From Gemmatimonadota bacterium (GTDB lineage: Bacteria; Gemmatimonadota; Gemmatimonadetes; Longimicrobiales; Gaopeijiaceae), in contig JAPPGI010000186.1 of NCBI GenBank assembly GCA_028874985.1, forward strand, positions 14,596 to 78,595: a DNA stretch of 64,000 nucleotides, given 5' to 3'. The position numbers and the translations under genes are program-made. The notes under the pieces were generated by a model, which saw only the letters and a program-made list of their open reading frames with translations, did no database searches and had not been told where the DNA came from. Shown in pieces: positions 1-9,831 of the stretch; positions within the stretch are counted from its first letter, which is position 1; every line of letters begins with the position of its first letter.

Positions 1-84
1 CGCCGAGCGGATGTTCGGCGTGCGTGCGATGGCCTTCGCCCGCGGGGACCGGCGATCGCAACCTTCCCACCCGGGTCCACCTGC

Positions 85-1053
85 ATGAACGTCCGGATCG
101 TCTCCCGCGCCGAGATCCTGTCGCTGGTCTCGATGCACGACGCCATCGACGCGATGGCGCGCGCCTTCGGGCAGCTCTCGGCGGGCCAGGTCGAGATGCC
201 GGTGCGAGTGGCACTCGCGTCCGGCGGCGGCATCTCGCTCTTCATGCCCGCGCGGCTGGGGGCCAGCGGGGAGCGGGGGGCGAAGGTGGTATCGCTGTTT
301 GCGGGCAACCGCGCGCGCGGGCTTCCGAGCATCAACGGCGTCATCCTCATGATCGACGACGAAACGGGATTGCCCCTGGCGCTGATGGACGCGGGGGAAC
401 TTACGGCGCTGCGGACGGCCGCCGCGGCTGGACTTGCGGCCAGGCTGCTCAGCCGCCCGGATTCTCGGGTGCTGGCCGTCTTCGGAGCGGGCGTTCAGGC
501 GCCGCGGCAGATCGAGGCGATCCGGGCGGTGCGGCCGATAGAGGAGGTCAGGGTGGTGTCGCGCGGCGGGGAGTCCGCGCGGCGGCTGGCGTCGTCGCTG
601 GAGGGGGTGGATGCGCGGGCGGTTGCCGACCCCGGAGCGGCGGTGGACGGCGCCGACATCATCGTGGCGGTGACGACCTCGGAGACGCCGGTCTTCGACG
701 GCACCCGGCTCCCCGCGGGCACCTACGTGAGCGGCAGCGGCAGCTTCATGCCGCACATGCGGGAGATCGGGGGCGAAGTGGTCGTGCGGGCGAGGGTGGT
801 GGTCGAGGAGAGGGAGGCCGCGCTCGAGGAGGCGGGTGATCTGGTCATACCGATCCGGGAGGGTCTGGTGACCGCAGACGTGATCGACGCCGACCTGGGC
901 GAGATCGTCAACGGGGATGCGCCCGAGGGGAGTGCGGGACGGGAGCTGACCTTCTTCAAGTCGGTGGGGACCGCCGTGCAGGACGTGGCGATCGGGGCCG
1001 AGGTGCTCCGCCGCGCGGAGGCGGAGGGGGCGGGGCGGGTGGTGGGAGTGTGA
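85..1053 (+). CDS. ornithine cyclodeaminase / mu-crystallin family protein
   Basis: 322-aa ORF. Family-typical N-terminus (ILSLVSMHDAIDAMARAF), Rossmann-type VFGAGVQA, and DIIVAVTTS and FKSVG motifs. Confidence 0.85.
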   Translation: MNVRIVSRAEILSLVSMHDAIDAMARAFGQLSAGQVEMPVRVALASGGGISLFMPARLGASGERGAKVVSLFAGNRARGLPSINGVILMIDDETGLPLALMDAGELTALRTAAAAGLAARLLSRPDSRVLAVFGAGVQAPRQIEAIRAVRPIEEVRVVSRGGESARRLASSLEGVDARAVADPGAAVDGADIIVAVTTSETPVFDGTRLPAGTYVSGSGSFMPHMREIGGEVVVRARVVVEEREAALEEAGDLVIPIREGLVTADVIDADLGEIVNGDAPEGSAGRELTFFKSVGTAVQDVAIGAEVLRRAEAEGAGRVVGV

Positions 1054-1180
1054 GGCAATCGCGATTCTCGTGTAATGAACCACGCGGCGGTACGGTATGT
1101 TGAAGTAACGCCGCCTCGTGAGAGAGGCCGCGCTGAAAGGATGGACGGCACCTACCGTGCCCGTACCCCGCGGAGGCCGG

Positions 1181-1787
1181 ATGAGACTCGCACACGCTGC
1201 CGGAACTGCATTGGCTGCGGCCCTGATGTTGCTGCTTTCCCCCGTTCGTCCCTTGCTCGCGCAGAACGTGGGCGACCGCGTGCGGGTGACCACGCCCGAG
1301 GAGACGCTGGTCGGTGCCGTTGCCGCAGTGTCCGAGAGCGGGTTCACGTTGCGTGTCGCGGGGGGATGGCATATGGAGGTCGCCCGGGGCAGAGTCGAGC
1401 ACCTCGAAGTCAGCGCGACCGAGCGGTCCACTCTGGATGGGGCTCGGCATCGGTATCGGAGCCGGCCTGGTCGGCTCGCTTGCCCGTAAGGCCTGGGGGC
1501 CGCAACCGATCTACTGCGGCAATCAACCCGGCATCGGGGAAGCGATCAGCTGCAACCTGAAACGCGCCCGCCTCCCCCCTCCCCCGAGCGACTCCGAGAT
1601 CTTCGCGACGACCACCGTCGCCGGTGCGGTCCTGGGAGCGTTGGTCGGCACCCTGGTCAAGAGGGACGTTTGGAGGACCGTGGCGCCGGTAAGCGCGGGC
1701 GCTTTCGTCCTGGCTCCGGTGCTCGACGCGCGACCTGGCCATGACGGAGGGTCGGCGGTGATTCTCGGAACCCGAATCAGGTTCTGA
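1181..1787 (+). pseudogene. small secreted/membrane protein split across two frames (or two overlapping small genes)
   Basis: Frame A (1181..1489) has the signal peptide MRLAHAAGTALAAALMLLLSPVRPLLAQ and a small beta-rich domain. Frame B (ATG at 1437, to 1787) continues with the Gly-zipper GLGIGIGAGLVGSL and a second hydrophobic segment. The frame switch lies near 1430-1440. Confidence 0.35.
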
Positions 1788-1846
1788 GTGCTTCGAACGC
1801 GGAGATTCCGGCGGTCCAAGGATGAACCCGCCCTGCCGGTCCCCTC

Positions 1847-3697
1847 TCAGGTCAACGCCGACCTCCGGTGCGCCGGCATCGAAGCGACCACCACCTGCCG
1901 GGTCTCTTCGTCCCAGAAGTAGTAGATCCGAAGGCAGCGCCGCGGGTTGCGGGTGTTGGCCCCGCGCTTGATGTGCCACTCGACGCGATGCCTGCGCCCC
2001 TCCCACGAGCACTCGAAGCTGTCCCCCCCGCACGGCAGGTTGAACACACCGTCGGCGATGTCTTCGATCCGCCCGTGGAGTCGGGGATCGCCGCCCTGCA
2101 ACCTGGCGTCGCGGTAGTCGAGGGCTAGCCAGTTGAGACACCGCGCGGCCAGTCCGACGTCCTCGAATTCGGCCCCGGCCAGTTCCCGGCCCGCCGGTGC
2201 CGCCAGCACGAGCCGGCCTGCAAGATTCTCTTCGCACCATGGGGCGAATTCCGGCCACATGGTCGGGAACGGAGTCTCGGCGTCGGGGTTTCCCCCCAGG
2301 GACCGGACCAGACCCGCCAACTGCTCGGCACGCCGCCGGGCTTCGTCCCGCTCCCGTTCGGCGGCGGCCGCGCGCTGCTTCACCCGCTCGTACCGGCTGG
2401 AGCGCGTTCGAGCCTTTTCGGTCGCGGCCCTGAGTTTGCGCCTGAGCAGCGGGACCTCGCTCCTTGCCGTCCTCCGAGCCGCACGGGCCGCGGGCTCGCG
2501 CACCGCAGCGGGTGCCGGTCCGCTCTGATCCGGGGCGCGGTCCGTCAGCAATCGGCCCGCGGCGGCACTTCCTCCCGGGGGGGCCGGGGAGTATTCCACC
2601 CGTTGCGCGGGTCGTCGCGTGAGTGACCCCAGGAAGGAGATCAGGCGACCCGGCCCTCGCGCGGCCTCCCCCGCCTCCCGCATCACGGTCCGGTAGTCGA
2701 ACGGGAGGGCGGAACCGGCGCCGGCCCGCATCCGTTCTTCGGCGGCCATCAACAGGAACTGCCTCCTGATCTCGGCGACTCCCCGCTCGTCGTCCATCCT
2801 GTTCTTCAGGAATAGCGGATGATCGGACTTGCTTGCGCGGTGGTCGAAGCCGGGGCGATAGAACCGCCATGCGCCCAGGAATACCGACAGCGGCTTGCCG
2901 ACAAGGTCGCTCAACCGGTAGGTCATCGCCGGGGGCAGCGACCATACGATGGCGAGTCCCGTGAGTGCCCGTGCCAGGGCCCGCCACCGCGACCGCAGGG
3001 CTTGCGGGTCGTCGACCTCGGGCGGCACCGAGACGACCGCGAAGGGCGTCTCGCGGCGTGGATCGACCAGCATCCGGTGAAAGGCCTGCATGGTTTCGGC
3101 CGAGTCCACGGCGACCGGCCAGTGGCTGAGCGCCCTTCCCTGCTGAAGCAGGGGCACGCGCTGCGCCATTGCCGCCAACAACTCGGCCGGATACTCCCCG
3201 ATGGAATCGGCCGGTACCACGGACCGGTCCACCACTTCGATCCCGACGACGGGGAGCCGCCCCTCGTGGTGTCCCACGATGACCTCGACTACGGTCGCCT
3301 GTCCCGCGGCGGGATTGCGCTCGAACTGGGCGGCCCAACGATCCTTCCGCCCGTCCCTGATCCTGGCCGCCCGGCAGGCCGACTCGTTGCCGCTCAATGC
3401 GAACGACCGGTGGCGCAATGCCTTGCGGGGCAACTTGCGCTCCATTCCGTCCTGCAACCACTCCAGCACCATGCTGCGGCATTCGCGGATTGCGGAGGAA
3501 TCCGCATGCGGGGCGAACTCCACTTCCACTCGCAGCTTCCGGCCGTCACCGGACAGCGGAGCCTTCTGTTCGATCTGTCGGGACGCCTCCCTGCGGCGCC
3601 GGGCCTGCTCTTCCCGCTTCCATTCCTCGATCGATTTGAAACGCCGTTGGGGCATGATGCGCTCACCTGTTGTGACCTGTACGGGATCCCATGGCAA
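1847..3697 (-). CDS. hypothetical protein, 616 aa, no family recognised
   Basis: Long ORF with balanced composition, unlike the Arg/Gly/Pro-rich antisense ORFs around it. Central Arg/Ala/Glu-rich probable coiled coil (RRKLRAATEKARTRSSRYERVKQRAAAAERERDEARRRAEQL). C-terminal module ends RCLRIYYFWDEETRQVVVASMPAHR. An alternative start is at 3655. Confidence 0.7.
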   Translation of the reverse strand: MPWDPVQVTTGERIMPQRRFKSIEEWKREEQARRRREASRQIEQKAPLSGDGRKLRVEVEFAPHADSSAIRECRSMVLEWLQDGMERKLPRKALRHRSFALSGNESACRAARIRDGRKDRWAAQFERNPAAGQATVVEVIVGHHEGRLPVVGIEVVDRSVVPADSIGEYPAELLAAMAQRVPLLQQGRALSHWPVAVDSAETMQAFHRMLVDPRRETPFAVVSVPPEVDDPQALRSRWRALARALTGLAIVWSLPPAMTYRLSDLVGKPLSVFLGAWRFYRPGFDHRASKSDHPLFLKNRMDDERGVAEIRRQFLLMAAEERMRAGAGSALPFDYRTVMREAGEAARGPGRLISFLGSLTRRPAQRVEYSPAPPGGSAAAGRLLTDRAPDQSGPAPAAVREPAARAARRTARSEVPLLRRKLRAATEKARTRSSRYERVKQRAAAAERERDEARRRAEQLAGLVRSLGGNPDAETPFPTMWPEFAPWCEENLAGRLVLAAPAGRELAGAEFEDVGLAARCLNWLALDYRDARLQGGDPRLHGRIEDIADGVFNLPCGGDSFECSWEGRRHRVEWHIKRGANTRNPRRCLRIYYFWDEETRQVVVASMPAHRRSALT

Positions 3698-3739
3698 AGT
3701 CCGGCCCTCCCCGCACCGGACGCAAGCGAGTGGGGCGGC

Positions 3740-4903
3740 TCACCTGCGCTGGAGGGCCAGCATTGCCTTCAGCCCCGCGAAGAGACGGTGGGATTCCCGC
3801 AACCGGACGGAGGTCCCTCCCGTCTCCCCGGAGTGGGCGAAGAGATCGGTGACCGTGGCGGAGACGTCGGCCGGCCTGCGCAGGAGGCGTTCCAGCGCGA
3901 GGGTTTCGGTGAAGGGGATGAGATGGTCGCGGCGGCCGTGGAGGAGGCGGATGGGGGGTGGGGGGGAGTCTCCGAAATCCCGGGGCAATTCCAGATCCGG
4001 GTGGGTACGCCGGGCCGCGTCGGCCAGGAGGTGCGCCATCCTGCGCGCGGGTTCCGGTTCGGGCTCGCGGTCCGACGGGGGTGCGAAGAGCCTGAAGAGG
4101 GGGCGCCACGTTCTGGCCAGTGACCGCGCCAGGTCGTCCTTCACGCTGTCGTATCCGGAGTCCCACGCCATGATCCGGCGTTCGCCGGCGATGGTTGCAA
4201 GGCGGTGCAGGGCGCCGGATACGCAGACCGCCTCCTCGTATCCGGGGATCCTGTGCAGGTAGTTGGCGGCCACGACCCAGCGGCCGTAGGGATCCGGCCG
4301 CAGGTACTCGATCGTCCCCCGCAAGCGGAACCGGCCCGTCAGGCCGAAGCGGATCGCGTCGTCGAGGTGGCAGTAGCTCCCGAACCCTCCCAGACCCCGG
4401 ACGAGTCCGGTTCGGGCGAGTCTCGCTCCCGTGCGGAGCACCTGCGGAACCCCGAAGGAGAGTCCGACCAGCACGACCCCTCCGGGACGAATGCGGGGGT
4501 CCCGGCACATGTGCCTCGCCGCCTGCGAGAGTGCCGTCCGGGCCGGGGCGGGGTCCAGCTCCAGTCTGCGCCAGGCGGGGATGTCCGGAACCAGGACGAC
4601 CGCCCCGGAGTGCGCAAGCGCCGCCGCGAGACGCACGATCGCGGGGTGATCCGGTCCCGGCCGGGTTGCGCCGTGCAGAAGAACCCAGCCGGGTGCGCGA
4701 GCCGCGCCCCGCGCCGGGCGGTAGCGACGGGCGCGAAGCTCCGGGGATCCGTTGCCGATCGGGAGGTCCTCGACGCGAACCCCGGGAACCGGTATCCGGG
4801 GTTGGCCGGCGAAGGTGTCGTCGGCGGGTTCCCACTCGGGGATGCCTCGTCCTCTGTTCCAACCCCAGAGGTATCGGATGGTATCACAAGTCGGACCGGG
4901 CAT
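3740..4903 (-). CDS. alpha/beta hydrolase fold protein
   Basis: 387-aa ORF. WVLLHGATRPG followed by a nucleophile-elbow-like VVLVGLSFG, and a late HGRRDHLIP segment. Confidence 0.6.
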   Translation of the reverse strand: MPGPTCDTIRYLWGWNRGRGIPEWEPADDTFAGQPRIPVPGVRVEDLPIGNGSPELRARRYRPARGAARAPGWVLLHGATRPGPDHPAIVRLAAALAHSGAVVLVPDIPAWRRLELDPAPARTALSQAARHMCRDPRIRPGGVVLVGLSFGVPQVLRTGARLARTGLVRGLGGFGSYCHLDDAIRFGLTGRFRLRGTIEYLRPDPYGRWVVAANYLHRIPGYEEAVCVSGALHRLATIAGERRIMAWDSGYDSVKDDLARSLARTWRPLFRLFAPPSDREPEPEPARRMAHLLADAARRTHPDLELPRDFGDSPPPPIRLLHGRRDHLIPFTETLALERLLRRPADVSATVTDLFAHSGETGGTSVRLRESHRLFAGLKAMLALQRR

Positions 4904-4992
4904 GGCTACCTTGGGTCGTGTCTGGGCCGGACGGCGGGGCCGCCCACAAACTACGCCTTGCCAATCTATGGAGGTTCGTCATCATAAAGCAC

Positions 4993-7206
4993 ATGACCGG
5001 AATCATGCGGTGGCTCGACGGCGGCCCGCATCCCCCGTACGGGGCCGCCGCGTGCGCGTGCGCGGGAGTGTTCCTGCTCTACGCCCTTACCCTGGCACCG
5101 GCGCCGACCTGGTGGGACACCAGCGAGTACCTTGCGACCGCCCATACGCTGGGGATCCCCCACCCGCCCGGGAATCCGCTCTTCGTCGTCGTCGGGAGGG
5201 TGTGGTCGGTGCTCCTGTCCCCACTGGGACTTCCTCCCGCGGTGCGGATCAACCTGCTGGCGGCCGCAACCTCGGCGGGCGCCTCCTTCTTCTTCTTCCT
5301 GATCGCGCACCGCACGCTGGTCCAGTCGCGGGGACGCGGCCCCGCCGCGCTCGTCGGAGCGGGCGTGGCCATAGTGGTCTCCGCCACCGCCTTCACGGTC
5401 TGGAGCCAGAGCAACACCAACGAGAAGGTCTACACGGTCTCGTTGTTGATCGCGGCGGCCGTGAGCTGGCTCATGTTGCGCTGGCGGGACCGCCCGGGCC
5501 GGCGCGGGAGCGTGCTCCTGGTGGTCGCGGCCGTGTACCTGATGGCGCTGGGCGCGACCAATCACCTCATGTCGGTGCTCCCGGTGGGGGCGGTGCTCGC
5601 CTTCATTCTTCTGACCCGGCCGCGGCTGCTTGTCGATGGGCGCTTCCTCTCGCGCTGCCTCCTGGCCGTGGTAGTCGGCCTTTCCTTCAATTTCTTTCTG
5701 CCCATCCGCGCAGCCCAGCGTCCGGTCATCAACGAGGGTGATCCCCTGTGCGACGGTTTGGTGGAGACCGCGGTGGCGATCTACTCGGGCGGGGCCGCCG
5801 GATGTCCCGCGCTCGCTTCGTCACTCAGGCGCGAGCAGTACATGAAACCGCCCGTCACGCGGCGCATGGCTCCCTTCTCCCACCAGCTCCTCAACTTCGC
5901 ACAGTACTTCGACTGGCAATGGTCGCGGGGAATCGACCCGGATGAGCCTCCCGCCCGTGCGCGCCTGCCCTTCACCCTGCTCTTCCTGGCGCTGGGAGGA
6001 ATCGGCTTCTTCGCCGTCTGGCGGGGCGACCGCAACACCGGCGCCTACATCGCGGTCCTGGCCGCCACACTGTCGGTGGCGCTCGTCTTCTACCTGAACT
6101 TCCGGCTGGGATACTCGCTTTCCCCCGAAGTCACCGCGCAGCGGTCGCATGAAGTTCGGGAACGCGACTACTTCTTCCTGCTCTTCTTCGCGCTCTGGGG
6201 GATACTGGCCGGACTTGGGTTGACACGTTGCTGGCTGTGGCTCGGCGACCGCGTGGGGAGCCTGCGCAGGGCGTCGCCGGTGCTGGCGATCGCCCTGGTC
6301 CCGTTCTTCCTGAACCTCGGTTGGGCCAGCCGGGCCGGAGACTACGCAGCCCGCGACTGGGCCTACGACCTCCTGAACAGCATGGAACCGTACGGGGTGC
6401 TCTTTACCAACGGCGACAACGACACCTTCCCGCTCTGGTATTTGCAGGAGGTGGAGGAGATCCGCCAGGACGTGACCGTGGTGGTGGTTCAGTACCTGTT
6501 CACGGAGTGGTATGCCAAACAGCTGCGCGAACTGACCGAGCCCGGGCGGCAGCGTCCGTACGTGCCCGTGGCGGGGCTTCCCTACCCGGACCGGGATCCT
6601 CCGGCCGGTGCCGTCGTCGATCTCACCGACCGGCAGCTTGCGACGGTGGGTGATGGACGGCTGCCCGACACGATGGGCGTACGGATAGGGGACATGCTGG
6701 TCGAGTACCCGAAGGGAATGGAGGTCCGTAGCGGGCATCGGATTGCGCTCTCCATCATACGCGCCTCGGCCTCCGAGAGGCCCATCTACTTCGCGTCCCG
6801 GGACGGGGAGATGAAGGAGATGGGGCTGTCGGCGTGGGCGGTGTCGGAGGGCCTGGCCGTGCGGCTCCACATGCGAAACCTGGACGAGGCGCCGCCGCCG
6901 GGCTACCGGCGGACGGCGGAGGGCCTGGGCGGCGAATGGTTCAACTACCCGCGGTCGAGACAACTCGTGGACGAGGTATACGGCTATCGCGGGCTGCGCT
7001 CGCGAGAGATCTGGCAGGACTATTCGACCCGCAACATCCCGTACGGGTTCTACAGGCTGACGGCGTTGCTGGGGGCGCTCACCGAAGCCGAGGGCGACCC
7101 CGAGACCGGCCTCCGCTACCGGGAGATGTCGAAGGAATTCCTCCACGCGTATCTCGGGGGATCGCGGGCAAGGAGGGAGCGCGCGCCGAATATCTCGGTG
7201 GATTGA
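4993..7206 (+). CDS. DUF2723 domain membrane protein (glycosyltransferase-like, multi-TM)
   Basis: In-frame ATG at 4993 inside ORF 4195..7206. The N-terminus TWWDTSEYLATAHTLGIPHPPGNPLF is the DUF2723 signature. Many hydrophobic segments. The Arg/Pro-rich upstream 266 codons were rejected. Confidence 0.8.
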   Translation: MTGIMRWLDGGPHPPYGAAACACAGVFLLYALTLAPAPTWWDTSEYLATAHTLGIPHPPGNPLFVVVGRVWSVLLSPLGLPPAVRINLLAAATSAGASFFFFLIAHRTLVQSRGRGPAALVGAGVAIVVSATAFTVWSQSNTNEKVYTVSLLIAAAVSWLMLRWRDRPGRRGSVLLVVAAVYLMALGATNHLMSVLPVGAVLAFILLTRPRLLVDGRFLSRCLLAVVVGLSFNFFLPIRAAQRPVINEGDPLCDGLVETAVAIYSGGAAGCPALASSLRREQYMKPPVTRRMAPFSHQLLNFAQYFDWQWSRGIDPDEPPARARLPFTLLFLALGGIGFFAVWRGDRNTGAYIAVLAATLSVALVFYLNFRLGYSLSPEVTAQRSHEVRERDYFFLLFFALWGILAGLGLTRCWLWLGDRVGSLRRASPVLAIALVPFFLNLGWASRAGDYAARDWAYDLLNSMEPYGVLFTNGDNDTFPLWYLQEVEEIRQDVTVVVVQYLFTEWYAKQLRELTEPGRQRPYVPVAGLPYPDRDPPAGAVVDLTDRQLATVGDGRLPDTMGVRIGDMLVEYPKGMEVRSGHRIALSIIRASASERPIYFASRDGEMKEMGLSAWAVSEGLAVRLHMRNLDEAPPPGYRRTAEGLGGEWFNYPRSRQLVDEVYGYRGLRSREIWQDYSTRNIPYGFYRLTALLGALTEAEGDPETGLRYREMSKEFLHAYLGGSRARRERAPNISVD

Positions 7207-7309
7207 CGCCGGGTGAAGGGGCGCGGGTGCCGGGCGGCCGGATCGCGTGGGTCCACGGCCCCCTTTGCTCTCGGGGCGCCGGATCGACGCCCCGGTCCGC
7301 GGGTTGCTC

Positions 7310-9061
7310 CTACTTGGTGAAGACGAGGATCACGCCGTTGGCAGCCTCTTTGCCGTACTTCTTCTCCGCGTTCTCGCCGTGCATGAACACCATGCGGTCG
7401 ATGTCGCCGGGGTTCAGCGAGCCGAGCAGGTCGTGAAGTCCGGCCGCGTCACCGTCGACTCGCACGCCGTCGACATGGACGATCGGCTTTGAGTCCGGGG
7501 GCGCGTTCGCAAAGACCCGGGCAAAAGTGTGCCACTTGTTCCAGTTGCTCACCGTACTCGTCACGCTCGTCTGCCCCGTCACCACGAGTTCCTCGACGGA
7601 TGGTACGACGATGTCTTCGACCACGAACCGCTTCTCCGCGGACACCTGCCCCGTCACCACGAGTTTCTCTGCGGACACCTGCCGCGTCACCACGATTGCC
7701 CTGCCGGACGGAGCGACCGTCGCCTCCGCTTCCGACTCGATCGAACTCACCTGTCCCGCGACCAGGGCCTGCGCGTTCCCGAGGACGACGACCTCGGGCA
7801 CGGGTTCCGCCGCCCCCATGAAGATCTGTATCACTCCGCCCGCCGCCTCCTCCCCGTACAGCTTCGCGGCCTCCGGTCCCTTGAGCACCTCGACGCGCTC
7901 GATGCTCTCGGCAAACTTCCGGACCTTTCCCGTCTCCACATCCGCGACCAACAGATCCATGGAGAACAGGTCCGTTTCCGACCGGATCCGGACACCGTCC
8001 ACATACAGGAGCGGCGCGGGCTGCGAACCAAAAGCCCCGGCCCCCAGGAACCGCACGACCCAGTCTTCCTGATCAGCATCCGTCCCCCGCGCCTCCTCCT
8101 CCGCGGTCACCTCCGCGAACGCCTCGCGAACCTCCGTCGGCACCGGGGTGTCGCACGCCACCACCACCGCCCCCGCCGCCACCGCCGCCAGCAGCACCGC
8201 GTATCCCCCACTCAGCTTCCTTCCTGTCTCACTCATCGTCTTCAGCCTCCGTTCGAGAAGACTCTCGGGTTGGCCCATGGCCGGAGAGAAGCTCCACCGG
8301 CCACGGGAGCGGCATCCCGCGCCCAGGAGGATATCGCCGTACTCGGCGACACCGATGCCCGACGCCAGGACGCGTTGGTCACAGTCCAGCTCCACGGCGG
8401 CGCGGAGCCGCCGGTACATCCACCAGATGGCCGGGCTCCACGGGAACGCGGCCGCCACCAGGCCGCCGCACAGCAGGACGAGGTGGTCGCGCGCACGGGC
8501 GTGTTCGGTCTCGTGCCGGATGATCGCGTCGCGGGCGCCCGGCCCCAGCTCCATCACCCACGCGGGGATCACCACCTTCGGCCGGACGATGCCGACCAGG
8601 GCGGGGCCGAAGCGGCGGGATACGTAGACCTCGGCGCCGCGCACCCTCCGCGGGCGCCAGCGGCGGCGACCCCTCGCGACCAGGATCAGCACACCGGACA
8701 GAGCGGCCAGGACCGCCAGAGAGCCCGCCGCCCATGCCAGCAGCGCGATCCTGCCGTTCGCCCGTCCCCGAGGAACGGGGAGGGCGGGGATCGCACTCCA
8801 GAGGTGCACGACAACCGCCCCGTCGACCACCCCACGCTCCGGGACGACGATGTCCACCGGCGGTTCGGCGGTTGTACCCCATCCCCCCGTCAGCGGGATC
8901 GCGACTGCCAGCGCGAGGGCCGCCAGCCATGCGATCCTGCGTGGCCGGCCCGTCGCGGCCGCGAGCCGTTCCAGCGCCAGGCCGCCAACCGCGACGATCA
9001 CCCCGACCAGGGCCGCGTAGGCCATCCAGGCGATCACGGCGGGCCCCTCCAATCGAACCAC
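7310..9061 (-). CDS. M56 family (BlaR1/MecR1-like) membrane metalloprotease sensor with C-terminal plug-like repeats
   Basis: N-terminal TM helices and the HExxH motif IIRHETEHARARDHL. Two C-terminal segments resemble the TonB-dependent-receptor plug signature (VEVLKGPEAAKLYGEEAAGGVIQIF; ENAEKKYGKEAANGVILVFTK). Located directly downstream of the blaI-like gene. Confidence 0.85.
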   Translation of the reverse strand: MVRLEGPAVIAWMAYAALVGVIVAVGGLALERLAAATGRPRRIAWLAALALAVAIPLTGGWGTTAEPPVDIVVPERGVVDGAVVVHLWSAIPALPVPRGRANGRIALLAWAAGSLAVLAALSGVLILVARGRRRWRPRRVRGAEVYVSRRFGPALVGIVRPKVVIPAWVMELGPGARDAIIRHETEHARARDHLVLLCGGLVAAAFPWSPAIWWMYRRLRAAVELDCDQRVLASGIGVAEYGDILLGAGCRSRGRWSFSPAMGQPESLLERRLKTMSETGRKLSGGYAVLLAAVAAGAVVVACDTPVPTEVREAFAEVTAEEEARGTDADQEDWVVRFLGAGAFGSQPAPLLYVDGVRIRSETDLFSMDLLVADVETGKVRKFAESIERVEVLKGPEAAKLYGEEAAGGVIQIFMGAAEPVPEVVVLGNAQALVAGQVSSIESEAEATVAPSGRAIVVTRQVSAEKLVVTGQVSAEKRFVVEDIVVPSVEELVVTGQTSVTSTVSNWNKWHTFARVFANAPPDSKPIVHVDGVRVDGDAAGLHDLLGSLNPGDIDRMVFMHGENAEKKYGKEAANGVILVFTK

Positions 9062-9068
9062 GGGAACA

Positions 9069-9470
9069 TCATTCCCCCTCCCCTCTCCGTGCCGCCCGGT
9101 CGAGAATCGAACGCATCCTCTCGATCTCTTCCGCAGTGAACTCCCGGTCCTCCACCAGGGTGGCGAACAGCCGCTCCGCCGAACCGTGGAATATCTTGTT
9201 CACGATCCGCGTAAGCGCGCGCCCGCCCGCCCTGACCGACTCCACCAGCGGGAAGTAGCGGTAGGCGCGCCCCTCCTGCTCGTGGCCCACCGCGCCCTTC
9301 TCCTCGAGGATCTGCAGCATCTTGAGGACGGTCGTGTAGCCCACCTCTTCGCCGAGCGCCTCCCGAACCTCGGTGACGGTGCCCGACCCGTCGCGCCACA
9401 GCACGCTCATGATATCGAGTTCCCGGTCGGTGAAGCCCCTGGGCTCTCGCGCTTCTCGATTGCGGTTCAT
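9069..9470 (-). CDS. BlaI/MecI/CopY family transcriptional repressor
   Basis: Winged-helix N-terminus LTDRELDIMSVLWRDGSGTVTEVREAL...YTTVLKMLQILEEKG. Internal ATG at 9470 was chosen over the ORF start at 9575. 7 nt upstream of the M56 gene. Confidence 0.85.
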   Translation of the reverse strand: MNRNREAREPRGFTDRELDIMSVLWRDGSGTVTEVREALGEEVGYTTVLKMLQILEEKGAVGHEQEGRAYRYFPLVESVRAGGRALTRIVNKIFHGSAERLFATLVEDREFTAEEIERMRSILDRAARRGEGE

Positions 9471-9720
9471 CCGGGTCTGGTTCCTTTCTTCCCGTTCCCG
9501 ATCCCGGCCACCCAAGGGTCCCACGAGGATCCTCGTAATTGGCCGTTGCGTCAACGTTAGGGACCGGGAGGGCAACTGTCAACGACAATCTTCGTATTCG
9601 AGTTCCCGGATGCGGGCGGCCGGTCGGCGATTGCCCGCGCGGAACTGCATCAGGGACATGCTCCGGTATCCGCCCAACCCACCCCGTCCTATCACCGAAT
9701 GGCGCGAAAAAGACAACTAT

Positions 9721-9751
9721 GATTTACATTATGACAATCACGATTTACATT
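9721..9751 (-). promoter_or_regulatory. candidate BlaI operator: two direct GATTTACATT copies 21 bp apart in an AT-rich patch
   Basis: GATTTACATT occurs at 9721..9730 and 9742..9751, inside the only AT-rich stretch upstream of the blaI-blaR1 pair. BlaI/MecI operators contain TACA/TGTA half-sites. A TTGACA-N17-TAACGT promoter-like string lies on the minus strand around 9540..9583. Confidence 0.3.
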
Positions 9752-9831
9752 CTGGGTCTGTCGCCGGGCCCCGATCGGCGGACCCGGCCGGCGGGCCGCG
9801 CGACTTCGGCACGGGAAGGCAAACTCCCCCC

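Noticed and set aside
1410-3482. 690-aa ORF on the minus strand, along with many similar long ORFs (for example 3663..4862, 5821..7146, 9692..11359, 12698..13987, 41709..43397, 51772..53862, 57811..59232, 58907..60724)
   Set aside because: These have extreme Arg/Gly/Pro/Ala composition with no motifs. Each overlaps, in another frame or antisense, a gene with clear family signatures. They are typical open frames of high-G+C DNA.
4195-4992. 266-codon N-terminal extension of the DUF2723 ORF; likewise the upstream parts of ORFs 21754..23715, 26220..28967, 29737..31692, 30768..32492, 45195..48599 and 36344..38506
   Set aside because: The extensions are Arg/Pro-rich and overlap neighbouring genes. 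Internal starts give proper signal peptides, Shine-Dalgarno spacing or stop-start overlaps.
7590-7710. Short tandem repeats that could be mistaken for a mini CRISPR-like array
   Set aside because: There are only two or three 33-bp units without spacers. They lie inside the blaR1-like coding frame and encode repeated VVTGQVSAEK peptides. No CRISPR array was seen anywhere in the window.
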